From an uncultured delta proteobacterium (lineage in GTDB: Bacteria > Desulfobacterota > Binatia > UBA9968): 64,000 nucleotides of DNA. The notes beneath the pieces are model-generated. The model was not told where the DNA came from. It saw only the letters and a list, made by a program, of their open reading frames with translations, and did not search any database. Position 1 is the stretch's first letter, and each line of letters opens with the position of its first letter. Location: positions 160,001-224,000 of the forward strand of contig CAWJZV010000034.1 in NCBI GenBank assembly GCA_963847445.1. Reading direction: 5' to 3'. The position numbers were made by a program, and so were the translations under genes. Shown here in pieces: positions 34,415-46,516 of this stretch.

Positions 34415-35236
34415 ATGCAAATCATCACGATCTACCAGGGCGCTTCAGGCAGCGGCGAAGAGTTGGCCGAGAGCGTGGCGCAGGCGTTGGGTTACGGCCG
34501 CGTCGACCGCGAAGTGCTGGTTCAGGCAAGTTTGCAGTACGGCATCCCGGAATCCAAACTCAATGAAATCGTCGAGCGCGAACCGAGCTGGTGGGCGACC
34601 TTCACGCGCAATCTCGATCCTTATCGAATCGCGTTACAGGCGGCGTTCTGCGAGATCGCCCGCGATCATGGCATCGTCTATCACGGTCATCTGGGCCATG
34701 AACTCATCCCGAAATTTCAGCATGTTCTCAAAGTTTTGCTCACGGCACCGATGGAAATGCGCGTCGAGCAAGTGCGCGCGCGCCACAAGCTCAATGAAAT
34801 AGCCGCGCGGCGTTACGTCGACGAAGTCGACAAGGCGCGCACGCGCCGGCTGCAAGGCATGTTCGGCACCGATTGGCGCGATGCCAGCCGCTACGATTTG
34901 GTGGTCAATCTTGGCCATATGAGCGTGGCGACGGCAAAGCAGTTGATCGTGGCTGCGGCCCACGCGCCGGACTATCAGATGACCCGAGCATCGAAGCAGG
35001 CGTTTGAAAACTTTGCGCTGGCATCGCGAGTTCGCGCCACCTTAGCGCTCGCTGAAGACCTGTCCCAGGTGCGGGTCGAGGTCGATGCCAATGAGGGCGA
35101 TATTCTCGTCAGCGGCACTGTGCCGGAATGGATTACCGCACGGCAAGTCGTCACCCACATCGAAGCGATTCCTGGCATCAAGCAGGTGCAGGCGGATCTC
35201 ACGACGCTGCCGTCCAGCCTCGGAATGACCAGTTGA
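34415..35236 (+). CDS. Cytidylate-kinase-like protein with C-terminal BON-like domain
   Basis: IITIYQGASGSGEELA, VYHGHLGH, KVLLTAP, DWRDASRYDLVVN, BON-like tail. Confidence 0.8.
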   Translation: MQIITIYQGASGSGEELAESVAQALGYGRVDREVLVQASLQYGIPESKLNEIVEREPSWWATFTRNLDPYRIALQAAFCEIARDHGIVYHGHLGHELIPKFQHVLKVLLTAPMEMRVEQVRARHKLNEIAARRYVDEVDKARTRRLQGMFGTDWRDASRYDLVVNLGHMSVATAKQLIVAAAHAPDYQMTRASKQAFENFALASRVRATLALAEDLSQVRVEVDANEGDILVSGTVPEWITARQVVTHIEAIPGIKQVQADLTTLPSSLGMTS

Positions 35237-35248
35237 CAAGTGCGGTTA

Positions 35249-36527
35249 CTAGAAAATTGCCGACGCCGATATCAAGCAACTGGCTCGGAAAATCCACGAC
35301 GCGCTAGCGGTGCGCGCCGTCTCTTTGAGCAGGGTCGCCATGGCGAGCATGCCGACGGCGATCGCGGCGGCGAGGACTTGCCAGGCGATCGGATAGGAGC
35401 CGGTGCGATCGACGATGTAACCGAAAAGCGGCGTGCCCAACGTCGCCGCGCCGGCGTTGATCGTGATCATCATGCCGAGCCCGGCGCCGGTCTTGGCCTT
35501 GCCGGCGATCTCGCCGATGAGCGCGTAGGAAACGCCTTGGTAGCCGACGATGCAGACACCGGAGAGAAACAAGATCGCCATGAGGAGAAAGTAGGAGGAG
35601 TCCCGTCCCATCAAACTTAACGCCGTGAAGAGAATCACCGACAATACGCCGATCAATATCAGCACGATCTTACGTCGGCCGGCGAAGATCCGGTCGCTGA
35701 CGACGCCCCAACCGACCCGTCCGATCATCGCCCCCGCCTGGGTGAGGGCGAGCGCCTGGCTCGCCCAGTAGGACGAAAACCCCATGGCGTCTTTCAGATA
35801 CAACGGCACGTAAGTGATCAGCGCCATCTGCCCAATCAAGATAAATCGCCGTCGCGCAGCTAATCGGCAACAGCGCCCAAACATTCAGCGGTCCGTCGGT
35901 GGTTGCGGCGCCGCGGTTAGCTTCGGCGACCGCGATGTTTTCAGCCGCCGGTTCGCGCCACAGCCATGAGAAAATGAAACCGAAAAGCAAATTGACCACG
36001 CCCAAGGCGGCTAACGAGCCGCGCCAACCGATCAACAGTACCAGTGACGGTGCGACGATCGCCGCGAGCACGCCGCCGCCCGGCACGCCGGTCTGCTTGG
36101 CGCCCATGGCGGTCGCGCGCTCGTCGCGGTGAAACCAGTACATTACGCCTATGGTCGACGCCGGATTGAGAAAGCTGTAGCCAAACCCGGCCAGGAAAAA
36201 GCTCAGGCAGCCAAACTCGAAGGACTGCGAAAATGCCGCCGCCACGGTGCATAGACCCAAGAGCACATGACCTTGCAGGGTGGTTTTGCGCACACCCAGG
36301 CGATCCGCCAGCCAACCGGTGCCAAACGACGCGCCGGTCATGGCCAGATAAAATGACGAAAAAAACAATCCCACTTGGGCGCGCGATAGTCCGAGCTCGT
36401 CCTTGTAAAACGGCGCCAAAGTGTTGATACCGTACTGCGCCGCGGCGCCGATGATATGCGACACGCTGATCAGCGCGAGGATCTTCCAGCGGACAGGGTC
36501 CCGCTTCACTGTGATGTCAGCAGCCAT
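35249..36527 (-). CDS. MFS transporter (frameshift ~35840)
   Basis: Multi-TM hydrophobic protein, GWLADRLG and GVVSDRIF motifs. Confidence 0.9.
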
Positions 36528-36542
36528 GGCGATAAACGGGGA

Positions 36543-38146
36543 TTAGTCGAAGACGGTTGTGCTATAGCTGTCGGCGTCGACAAAGGCTTCAATGACGCTC
36601 GGTCCATCGAGGGCGAATGCCCAATCGAGGGCGTTGCGAAATTCATCCGGCGTCTTGGCGGCGCGGCAGGGCACGCCGAAATAATGCGCCGGCGATTCCG
36701 GCGGCGCGCCGAGACGCACGCCGGAAAGCGCATAGTTGCGTTTTTCTTGTTTGACTTTCATCAAGCCAAGCCAGCCGTCGTTGAGCACGATCACCGGCAC
36801 GGCGAGATTCAGCCGGCGCGCCAACGCCAATTCGCCGGCGGTCATCTGAAAGCCGCCGTCGCCGACCACGCAGACAACGGCGCGATCGGGGTGAACGAGT
36901 TTCGCCGCGTACGCCGCCGGCATGCCGTAGCCCATCGACGACCAACCGTTGGTCGCGAGCAGAGTCCTGGCCACATCGGTGCGCCACTGCGACGCGATTT
37001 GATGGGTGTGCGCGCCGACGTCGTAGGCCAGGATGCCGTCGGCCGGAAGCCTCTCGCGCAAAATATCCAAAACTTGATAGCGGCGCAAAGTTCGCGCTGG
37101 CTGGACGGAGCGCTTGGTCCAAAGCCTCGCGATGCGCGTGGAAATCCCGTCGATCGACCAGTCGTTCGCCATGGCCGGAGTGGCGCTCATAGCGCCAATC
37201 GCCGCGTCCAAGTTGCACGCCCTGTTCCAAATCAGATTCACACCGTTGCCGCTCTCAGCCGCTTCGGTGCTGATGTGAATGATCGGCGTCCCGGGCTTCA
37301 CCCACTCTTCGTAATTGATCTCGATGGGATCGTAGCCGACGGCAATGATGAGATCGGCCCGGTCGGTGAATTTTTTAATATCGCTGCGTCGCGCCCGGCC
37401 GATGACGCCGGCCGAGTTTGCATGGCTCTCCGGCAAAAACCCTTTGCCATGCAGGGTCGTGACGAATGGAATATTTTGCCGCTCGACGAATGCTAATAAA
37501 TTCTGACTGGCCGCGCAGCGGGTGAACGACAAACCGCTAATGAGCAACGGCCGCTTGGAACTGCTGCAACGCCTGCGCAATCGCCGCGGCAATTTCATTC
37601 GATAAATCCGGCAGCAAGCGCCGGCGCCGTCGGCGCGCCCCGGGTTTCCAGCGCCACCGCCTGGGCGACATCCTCGGGCAAGTCGAGATGCACCGGCCCC
37701 GGCGGTTCTTGCGTCGCGAGGCCAAGCGCTTGAGCGAAGATCTCGCCGACATTGCCATGGCGGCAAGCGAAGGTCGCCTTGGTCAGCGGCTCGAATAGCT
37801 TGTGATGATCGATGCGCATCTGAATACGCCGCTCGAGCCAAGGCGTGGCGACATTGCAAGTGATCGCCAACAGCGGCGCGCGGTCCAGCCAGGCGCAACC
37901 GACGCCGGTGGTTAAATTGGTCGCGCCGGGACCGACCGTCGACGCACATACGCCGGGAACCCCGGTCAGATAACCCACCGCCGAAGCCATGAACGCCGCC
38001 GAAGTTTCGCTGGCGGTGAGCACGAACTCAACCGAACTGCCGCGCAGCGCTTCGATCAACGGCAACACCGGCCCGCTCGGAATGCCGAATACCCAGCGCA
38101 CTCCGGCCTGTTCCAGTGTGCGAACGATTAGATCGCTGTTGTTCAT
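36543..38146 (-). CDS. Thiamine-pyrophosphate-binding enzyme (acetolactate-synthase-like), frameshifted
   Basis: VFGIPSG, SETSAAFMA, GPGATN, PPGPVHLDLP, DVGAH, SSMGYG, GDGGFQM...LND. Confidence 0.9.
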
Positions 38147-38196
38147 GTATTTGATTCAACCTTGCCGTATTAGCGCGGGCCATCGCCGACGCTCTC

Positions 38197-38260
38197 GTCG
38201 AGGATGGAGGCTAGAAGATGGCGCTTTTCAGCCCTCGATCCTCCATCGTCAATCCTCGAC
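38197..38260. repeat. Heptamer-based inverted repeat
   Basis: gtcgaggatggagg...gatgg / cctcgatcctccatcgtcaatcctcgac. Confidence 0.6.
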
Positions 38261-38268
38261 CCAGGCCG

Positions 38269-39076
38269 CTAATTGCCAATCCGCACCGGGTCGACGACGT
38301 CTTGCACGGCGCGAATAATCGACAGCGCGGTCAACTTCCCGGTCTTGGGATTTTCGCTCGGGATATTTTCGATATGCACATGCAGCTTGCCGAACTCGCC
38401 TTCGATATCGATGTCGTGGCAGTTGCGCAACAGGCCGGGCACGGCGAGGATGCGCACGCGGGTCTGGTCCGGACCGATCCCCGCCAAGCTTACCGCGCCG
38501 GTAACGTTAACGTTTGCCGGAAAGCCGCGGCAGGCTTCGCGCGCCGAGCCGGAGAAAACTTCTTGCTCTTCCTGCAAGCCAACCAGGGAGATACCACGCT
38601 CGACCAGGTACGGCGCGCCTTCGAGGCCCAACGGCGGCTTGCGCGTCGTGTGCGTGACATGGGTGATAGCGCCGACGCAGGCCGACTTGATGCCATCCAA
38701 GCCGGCGATGGCGCCCGACGGGACGTACAAGCGGCAACCGGTGCGGCGCGACTCCGCCATGACCTCGGGATGTTCGAGGAGCGCGCCGACGCTGATGACC
38801 ATCAGATCTTTGCCGGCGGCAAAGGCCTTTTGGGCTAACTCCGCCACCACCTGACCGCCCGCCGCTTCGACCATCAGGTCGGACGCCGCGATCAATTCGT
38901 CCAAGGAAAGATACCGCGGCGGGTTTTTAAACGCCGCGAGAAACTCCCGGGCGCTTCTGCGACCTTCGGCTGGTCACGCCGGCGATGCGCACCGACAGTT
39001 TGCCATCTTCCACGGCGCGCACCAGCGCCTTGCCAATCGCCCCGCAACCGACAATGCCAATCGACTTGATCGCCAT
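38269..39076 (-). CDS. nadX: L-aspartate dehydrogenase family protein (frameshift ~38950)
   Basis: MAIKSIGIVGCGAIG, VEAAG, SVGAL, PSGAIAGLD, RKPP, FPANVNV, NPKTG. Confidence 0.88.
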
Positions 39077-39280
39077 AAATCGCCGTCAACCTCATCAGAA
39101 AGTTTTAGCGCTCGTCTATCTAGCTTGAAGCGTTTTGCCCTGTCAATCGACGCCAGCGGGTTAAGACGATCAACGCGATATCTGGCGGAAACGGCAAACC
39201 AAGCGATATCCAGCTCATAGCCACGCCAAGCGAGTCAAAAGTCAAATGACGCGACCGAATTAAAATTCACATGGAAAAGA

Positions 39281-39297
39281 TTGGCAAATCCTTCGCA
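39281..39297 (+). promoter_or_regulatory. Possible sigma-54 promoter
   Basis: tTGGCaaatcctTCGCa with canonical spacing, ~20 nt before the 39316 start. Confidence 0.4.
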
Positions 39298-39315
39298 TGG
39301 TGGTAGATGAGATCT

Positions 39316-39588
39316 ATGCCGGCGTACGAAATTTACTTCCGTTGCGACGACTGCAAACGCGAACATACGATCCACATGAAGATCCACTTCACCGAAGGAC
39401 CGGATCGCAAGCAAAGTCTTGCCGAATTCTTCGTCGGCCGTTCGATGCCGCCACAGGTCTCGTCGTTGCAAGGCCATAACGCGTTCTGTCTAAAAACCGG
39501 CCGGCGCTTCAAACTCGACAAAGACGAGCAAATCCTGCTGGTGCCGCCATCGGCGCGATCAGCTCGCCGCCGCGCCAACCACAGTTGA
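39316..39588 (+). CDS. Small putative zinc-binding protein
   Basis: MPAYEIYFRCDDCKREH...FCLKTG; CxxCxxxH plus a distal Cys. Confidence 0.65.
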   Translation: MPAYEIYFRCDDCKREHTIHMKIHFTEGPDRKQSLAEFFVGRSMPPQVSSLQGHNAFCLKTGRRFKLDKDEQILLVPPSARSARRRANHS

Positions 39589-39662
39589 TCCCGAAAACCG
39601 ATTGACGCCGTAGGTATGGCGCGCGCCAAGGCAGGCAGCGCGGCGCGTTAGCTCTCAGGGTC

Positions 39663-40077
39663 TCAGATGCCGTACAGCATCAGATAAATCACCACGCCGG
39701 TCACCGAAACGTACAGCCAGATAGGAAACGTCCAGCGGGCGATGCGCCGGTGCGCGTCGAAGCGCTCGCGCAGTGCGCGGATCAGGGTTATCAGCACCAG
39801 CGGCACCACCGCCGCCGCGAGAATGGTGTGGGTGATCAGGATCGTGAAGTAGACCGGACGAATCCAGCCTTGGCCCTTGAACCCCACCGAGCCGACTTGA
39901 AAGTGGTACACCAGGTAGGAGATCAGAAACAGCATCGAGCACGCGAGCGCCGCCAGCATGCAGCGCCGGTGGGCATCGCGGTTCTTGCTGCGAATGAAGA
40001 AATAGCCGGCGCAAAGAAAAACGGCGCTGAGGGTATTCAGCGCCGCGTTCAGAGTCGGAAGTTGCGACAGCGGTCAT
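39663..40077 (-). CDS. DUF420 membrane protein (cox-operon associated)
   Basis: LPTLNAALN, HRRCM, FLISYL, YFTILITH, HRRIARW, WLYVSVTG. Confidence 0.9.
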
Positions 40078-40358
40078 CACCGCGGGTAAGATATCCGGCA
40101 GCAACATTAAGACTCAGGAAAATGCACAGAATAAACGGCACAAGCGCGACGATCGTCAGCGTCTTCTTCTCGATCTTGAGGTGCATGAAGTGGAGCGCCA
40201 CCAGCGCGGCTTTCCACACCGCCAGACCGACCAGCAAGCGCGACCAGCAGCGTTCTCGGCAGACCCAGAAACGTCATGCCGATCTCGACGGCGGTCAGCA
40301 CCGAGAGAATGATGAAAATCTTGATGTAGTTGTGATGCGAGTGAGCGGTCGATGACAT
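40077..40358 (-). CDS. Cytochrome c oxidase subunit IV (frameshifted)
   Basis: YIKIFIILSVLTAVE, KAALVALHFMHLK. Confidence 0.85.
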
Positions 40359-40379
40359 GATGACTCCTCTAATGTTTGA

Positions 40380-40989
40380 CTATAACAGATAGACGAACGT
40401 AAAGATCAAGATCCAGACGAGATCGACGAAGTGCCAATAGAGGCCGGCGATCTCGACATGCTTGGCCTGGTACCGGCCGCGATTGACCGCCGCCAGCACG
40501 CAGATATTGTAGATCACGCCGCCGGTAACATGCATGCCGTGAAAGCCGGTCAGCACAAAGAAGGTCGTCGCGAATAAATCGTTGCTAAAGGCCAATTTGT
40601 ACTGCGGCAGGGTGTGGCCGATCAGATGCGTCCACTCATAGGCTTGCAGGCCGAGAAAGATCGCGCCGCCAAGGATGGTCAGGCTCATGAACTTTTTGAA
40701 GCGCGGCTTATCGCCGTCCTGCAACGCCGGCCAAGCCCAATACCATGGTCACGCTGCTGACGATCAGCAAGAATGTCATCAACGCCGTCAGGTTGATGCC
40801 CAGCACCTCGGCGGGAACCGGCCAGCTCTTGCTGTGGTAACGCAAGGCGCCATAGGCGACAATCAGGCCGCCGAACGACATCGCGTCGCCGGCGAGAAAC
40901 AACCACATGCCGAGCTTGCCCCAGCTCTCCGGGGTCAAGGGGGTTTCGGCGGGCTCCACCGCACCATGCACCGCTACCGCTTCACTCAT
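40380..40989 (-). CDS. Cytochrome c oxidase subunit III, copy 2 (frameshift ~40725)
   Basis: KLGMWLFLAGD, TGFHGMHV, GLYWHFVDLVW. Confidence 0.9.
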
Positions 40990-41282
40990 TTCGCGCTTTC
41001 CTCCTGGGTCCAAATCAACGGATTAATCGCTTCCTGCACTTCCAGCTCTGCCGACCTTGCTTGCCTCGCCGCCGCTCTGCGGTACGCAATCACTAAACAT
41101 CCGGCAATGGTTCCGGCGATGGCGTAGGGCGCGGCGAGCAGGAAACCGACGCTCCAGTTGAAGGCGTGGGTCACAGCGTCATCGTCGCCGGAAAAACACA
41201 CAGAACAGGCCTTGGCCAGCGTCGGCAAGATTAAAAAAGTACCGATCAGAAACGCAACCAAAATTCTCGCTTTAACACACAT
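40986..41282 (-). CDS. Small membrane protein with CxxC after a signal-like segment
   Basis: AKACSVCFSGDDD followed by a TM helix; embedded in the cox operon. Confidence 0.7.
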   Translation of the reverse strand: MCVKARILVAFLIGTFLILPTLAKACSVCFSGDDDAVTHAFNWSVGFLLAAPYAIAGTIAGCLVIAYRRAAARQARSAELEVQEAINPLIWTQEESAK

Positions 41283-41332
41283 AAACAGGCAAAAAAATAA
41301 CTTAACGGCTCTGCCCTGTCAACCAAACTGCG

Positions 41333-41987
41333 CTAGTAAAGATAAACCAAGCCGTACAGCACCGGCCAAAGCGCCACGACAAAGGTCCAATACATGCGCG
41401 CGGTTTGCACGCCGACAAAATCTTTCTTGGTAAAGCGCCCGCGCGTGGCCTGCCAGCAGACGATCGTCAGCCAAATCAGTCCGCCGATGACATGGACGCC
41501 ATGGGCGCCGATGAGGGTGTAAAACAATCCGCCATAGACGCTGCTCGACGTGGTCAGGCCGAAATGGATCATGCGCAGCCACTCATAGCCCTGGATCAGC
41601 AAGAACAGCGCACCTAAAAGTGCGGTCCAGGCCAAATAGCGCGCGATACGCGGCGCCGGCGCGCGCCGCGCCAACCGCCCAATGCACGGTCAGGGCGCTG
41701 ACGAGCAAGATGACCGTATTCACGCCGGTCACACCGATGGGCAAGCGCGGTTGAAACGGCGGCGGCCAGACTGTGGCGCTCAGACGAAAAACCAAGAACG
41801 CGCCGATCAGACCGGCGAAGAACATCAATTCGGCGCCAAGCAGCATGATCACGCCGAGCCGGCATTGTTAAGGATCGGCACATTGGGCCGCACCGGCGGA
41901 CCGCCGCCGCCGGCGAATTCTCGACGCGGTGCAGCGTGCCACCGGTGCCGCGTCATCGAGCTTGCGTGCCGCCGAACTGGTTGTCAT
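41333..41987 (-). CDS. Cytochrome c oxidase subunit III, copy 1 (frameshifted)
   Basis: LGAELMFFAGL, NTVILLVS, QGYEW, IGAHGVHV, YWTFVVALW. Confidence 0.88.
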
Positions 41988-42009
41988 GATTTTCGCCGTA
42001 GTCAATGGT

Positions 42010-42123
42010 TCAGTAGACGACGATGAACACCATGATCGCCGCGATATAGAGAATCACGGCAGCCGCCAAGAGCGCGCCGAAGCGCCCGCGCTTCGCAGCT
42101 TTTGCTCGGCCCGGTTCTGTCAT
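42010..42123 (-). CDS. 37-aa single-TM protein in the cox operon
   Basis: MTEPGRAKAAKRGRFGALLAAAVILYIAAIMVFIVVY fills the gap between ctaB and subunit III. Confidence 0.6.
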   Translation of the reverse strand: MTEPGRAKAAKRGRFGALLAAAVILYIAAIMVFIVVY

Positions 42124-42131
42124 GGTTTGAT

Positions 42132-43038
42132 TCATAACGGGACTCGATCTAAAGCCATTACCAGCAAGAGCACCGGTAGATAAACCAAGGAAACAAACAG
42201 CAGCCGCCGCGCGTTGGCCAAGGTCGAGTTCAGCGCCAAGGCGATGCCAGCGGCGATGAAACCGACGCCCAACACAAACGCCGCGGCGAAATAAATCCCG
42301 CCAGCGAGTCCGAGCAGGGTCGGCAATAGACTCACGGCCAACAGCGCGGCGCTATGACTGATGATCTGGCGATTGGTGCTGCCGCCTTCCGGCTCGATCA
42401 CCGGCAGAAACATGATGCCGGCCTTGGCGTAGTCGTCGCGGTAAAGCCGGGCGATCGCCAGGGTATGCGGCACCTGCCAGAGAAACATGATCGCGAACAG
42501 CACCCAGGCATCGACTTCCAACGATGCCGCGCGTCGCCACCCAGCCGATGACCGGCGGCAAGGCTCCGGGCACGGCGCCGACCAGCATGCACAGCGAGCT
42601 ACGCCGTTTCAGCGGCGTGTAAAAGAGCAAATAGCTGATCGTGATGAACGCGGTGACGCAAGCGCTCAACAGATTCACCGTCAGCGCTAGATAGACGAGC
42701 CCCAAAATGGTGACGGCGATACCGAACCATACCGCTTCACGCGGTTGCAACCGGCCATCCGGCAGCGGCCGGCGTTGGGTACGCTGCATGACCGCGTCGG
42801 TATCCCGCTCCATATATTGATTGAGCGCCAGGGTGCCGCCCGCCGCCAGCGCGGTGCCGATCAAGGTTTGCACCAGCACCAGATAGTCGGGCACTTGCTC
42901 CGAGCCGAGGTAGAAACCGACGAAGGTCGTGATCAGCACCATGAGCACGACGCGCGGTTTGGCCAACTCGACAAAATCGGCGGCCCGGCGCAGTGCGCTG
43001 GTGCCGGTCAGAGTCGCGGTGTCGGTGTTCGAGTTCAT
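42132..43038 (-). CDS. ctaB: Heme o synthase (frameshift ~42520)
   Basis: LAKPRV, NQYMERDTDAVMQRTQRRPLP, YTPLKR, GALPP, WQVPH, DYAKAG. Confidence 0.93.
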
Positions 43039-43990
43039 ACGTGAATACTGTTCCGTCAATACCGGCCGGCCCGTGGCGCTGACTGCCGCGGGTTGCGACA
43101 AGCGAATAGGCCCGCAACGCGATCGTCAGGCTCGTGACCAGCATCAATGCACCGATTATCAAATGGGTCGTCGTGGTCAAGACCAAGACCACGGCCGGCA
43201 GTGGCAACACCGTGGTAAACTTCGCCAGATAGGATAGCCGTGCCGAGCAACAACTGCACGAGCAAGAGCCCGCCAAGCAAGTAGGCCGGTCGCAACCAGC
43301 GCCGATTCCGTGCCATGATGCCTGGTGATCCGGAGCAGGAACAAGATCACATGCACTGCCACCAGCGCGGCGAACAACAGATGGCCATCGAGACGCTCGC
43401 CGGTGTGGCGCAGCAAAGCGCCAAAGACGATTTGCACATAGATCAGCACCGTGGTGATCAGCGCCAGCCGGCGCAGTCGCCCGCCGTCCGTTAGCGGCGT
43501 CGACTGGGGTGAGTTACGCCACTCTGTTGCTGTGAACAGCGCCAGACTCACGGTCAAGGCAAAAAATGCCTGGGCAAAGCAAGCGTGAATAATCGCCAGG
43601 GTGTGTTGCAGCAACACCACCCGCAGGCCGCCGAGGATGCCTTGAAAGATGACCAAAGCCGAGCGCCGCGACGCCGAGCCAGCGCAGCCAGCGGCGCTGC
43701 TCTTTTAGCCATAACGTCAGCGTGAGCGCGATGGTCAGTAGTCCGACGCAGGAAGCGACCAGCCGATGGCTATGTTCGTAAAAGATCCCACCGATCATCT
43801 TCGACCAGGGGTAGAGAAACATGTTGTAGCCGAAGGTCGTCGGCCAGTCGGGGACGGCCAGTCCGGCGCCTAAACTGGTGACCAAACCGCCGATAAATAG
43901 CAACGGAAACGTCGCGCAGGCCAGGATCACCGCAAGGCGATGCGGCCAGGGTGAAAATGACGAAGGATGGCGGGCAGTCTCTGCCGCCAT
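43035..43990 (-). CDS. ctaA: Heme a synthase COX15/CtaA family (frameshifted)
   Basis: GGLVTSLGAGLAVPDWP, YEHSHRL, QGILGG, IHACFAQ, GALLRH. Confidence 0.88.
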
Positions 43991-44027
43991 CCTTCGTGGA
44001 TTCCAGGTTCATCGTTCCGACTTTCGC

Positions 44028-45798
44028 TTAGTGCGCCCGCGCCGCGGCTCTGCTGCCGATGTTCTTGTCCTGCGGCAGCCAGTCTTCCTTCACTTCCGGC
44101 GAGCTGTATTCGTAGGCACCGCGATAGACCGTCGGGATGACTTCGAAGTTGCCATGGGGCGGCGGCGTCGGCGCCGACCACTCCAGGGTGTTGGCCTGCC
44201 AGGGATTGCGTTCGGCCTTCTTGCCGGCGAACAGACTCCAGAAGAAATTAAACAAGAAAGAATATCTGCGACGCGCCGAGAATCAAGCGCGCTCCAGGTG
44301 ATGAAAACGTTCCAGTCCTGCATCGGCGGTCAGGAATTCATACTGCAGTCGGGTTGTAGATGCGCCGCATATGGCCGCCGACGCCCAAGAAAGTGCATCG
44401 GAAAAAACGCGCCGTTGAAGAAAATATAGGTGAGGACAAAATGAATCTTGCCCAACGGTCTGGTTCATTTGCCGGTCAAACATTTTCGGGAACCAGTAAT
44501 AAACCGCCGGCGAACAGCGCGAAGATGATGCCGGCGACGACGTAGTGAAAGTGGGCGACGATGAAGTAGGTATCGTGGATGAAGATATCGACCGGCGTCG
44601 ACGCCATGAAGATGCCGCTCAAACCGCCGATCAAGAAGTTCGAGACGAATCCCAAAGCGAACAGCATCGGCACGGTCAGGCGAATCGAACCGCCCCACAG
44701 CGTGCCGAGCCAGTTAAATACTTTGATCGCCGAGGGCACCGCGATGACCATCGTCGTCATCATGAAGGCGGTGCCGAGCAGCGGATTCATGCCGCTGACG
44801 AACATATGATGGCCCCAGACGATCCACGACAGAAACGCGATGGCGATCATCGAAAAGGCCATGGCGTGGTAGCCGAAGATCGGTTTGCGCGAGAAAGTCG
44901 ACAGTAAATCGGAGGTGATGCCCATGGCCGGCAGCACCAGAATGTAAACCTCCGGATGGCCGAAGAACCAGAACATATGCTGCCAGAGCAGCGGCTCGCC
45001 GCCGCCTTCCGGCAGGAAAAAACTCGTGCCCGCCATGCGGTCGAAGAGCAACATCGCCAAGCGCCGCGGTCAACACCGGCAGCGCCAGCAGCAACAAGAA
45101 TCGCGGTGATGAACAGCGACCAGACCGTCAGCGGCATGCGGAAATAGCCCATGCCCGGCGCGCGCATGTTGACGATCGTGGTGATGTAGTTGATCGAGCC
45201 CATCAACGACGAAACGCCGATGACCATCAAGGCGATGATCCACAGATGCTGGCCCCACTCGACGCCGGTGTACTGCGCCTTGGCGGAGAGCGTCGCGTAA
45301 CCGGTCCAACCGCCCGCCGCCGGGCCGCCGGGGACGAAGAAACTTGACAGCATGATCACACCGGAAACCGCACCGACCCAAAACGACAGCATGTTGAGCT
45401 TCGGGAAAGCCATGTCGCCGGCGCCGATCATCAGCGGAATGAGAAAATTGCCGAAGGTGCCGACCATGATCGGCATGACCACGAAGAAGATCATGATCGT
45501 CGCGTGCATGGTGAACAGCGCGTTATAGGTCTGCGGCGGAATGATGCCGCCGCCGTTGGGACCGGGATAAATATAAGGTTCGGAGATGAAGCCTAAGCCC
45601 CGGCACCGGGGTTTCCGGCCAGGCCAGCTGCCAGCGCACCAGCATGGCGAGAATGCCGCCGATCATGAGCATCAGCAGGCCCACGAACAGGAATTGCCGG
45701 CCGATCATCTTGTGATCGAGCGAGAAAATATAATGGCTGATAAAACTCGGCTTTGGGTGGTGTCCATGCGCTCCATGCGCCACTGCTGACTCGCTCAT
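44028..45798 (-). CDS. ctaD: Cytochrome c oxidase subunit I, A1 type (several frameshifts)
   Basis: [47 protein letters not shown]. Confidence 0.95.
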
Positions 45799-45848
45799 CG
45801 GTTAAAAACCTCCGTAGTGATGCTCGGTTAAATCGGAACTAAGACTGG

Positions 45849-46516
45849 CTACTGCGGCTTGGGCGCTAACTTTTCCGCCGCCCATTTTTGATAGTCTTCC
45901 GGGGTGTAAACGTTGAGCCACCCCTTCATGCCGGAATGGCCAAAGCCGCAGAGCTCGGCGCAAGGCAGCTCGTATCTTGCCGGGCTTCTTGGCTTCGAAC
46001 CAGGTCAGAATCGTGCGGCCGGGCACGGCGTCTTGTTTGAAACGCAGGTTAGGAATGAAAAAACTGTGGATGACATCGCTCGACGTCAGATGAACGCGAA
46101 CGACTTTGTTCACCGGCACATGCAGGTCGTTGTCGAACTTGACGTCGTCGTCGGTGCCGAATTTGCCGTCGGCGCCGGGATAAACCACGTCCCAGTTGAA
46201 CTGCTTGGCGGTGACCTGAATTTCAAAATCGCTGGCCGGAATATTGCGTTTGATCTTGGCCCAGGTGTTGACGCTCATGAACGACAAGCACGATCAATAT
46301 CGCCGCGGGAATCATCGTCCAGATTATCTCCAGCGTAGTATTGCCGTGATTATAGACCGCCCGCCGTCCCGGCTGCTCGCGGTACTTGATCAAGAACCAA
46401 ATCATCAAGACAGTGACGAGCACGAATGTCGCCGCCGTGATGTAATAAATCAGATAAAATAACGAATCGATCTCATGACCATAGGTAGAGACATCTTCCG
46501 GCAACCAACGCAACAT
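45849..46516 (-). CDS. ctaC: Cytochrome c oxidase subunit II, no cytochrome c domain (frameshifted)
   Basis: HGNTTLEIIWT, KQFNW, DVIHSF, KQDAVPG, CuA motif CAELCGFGHSGM. Confidence 0.93.
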
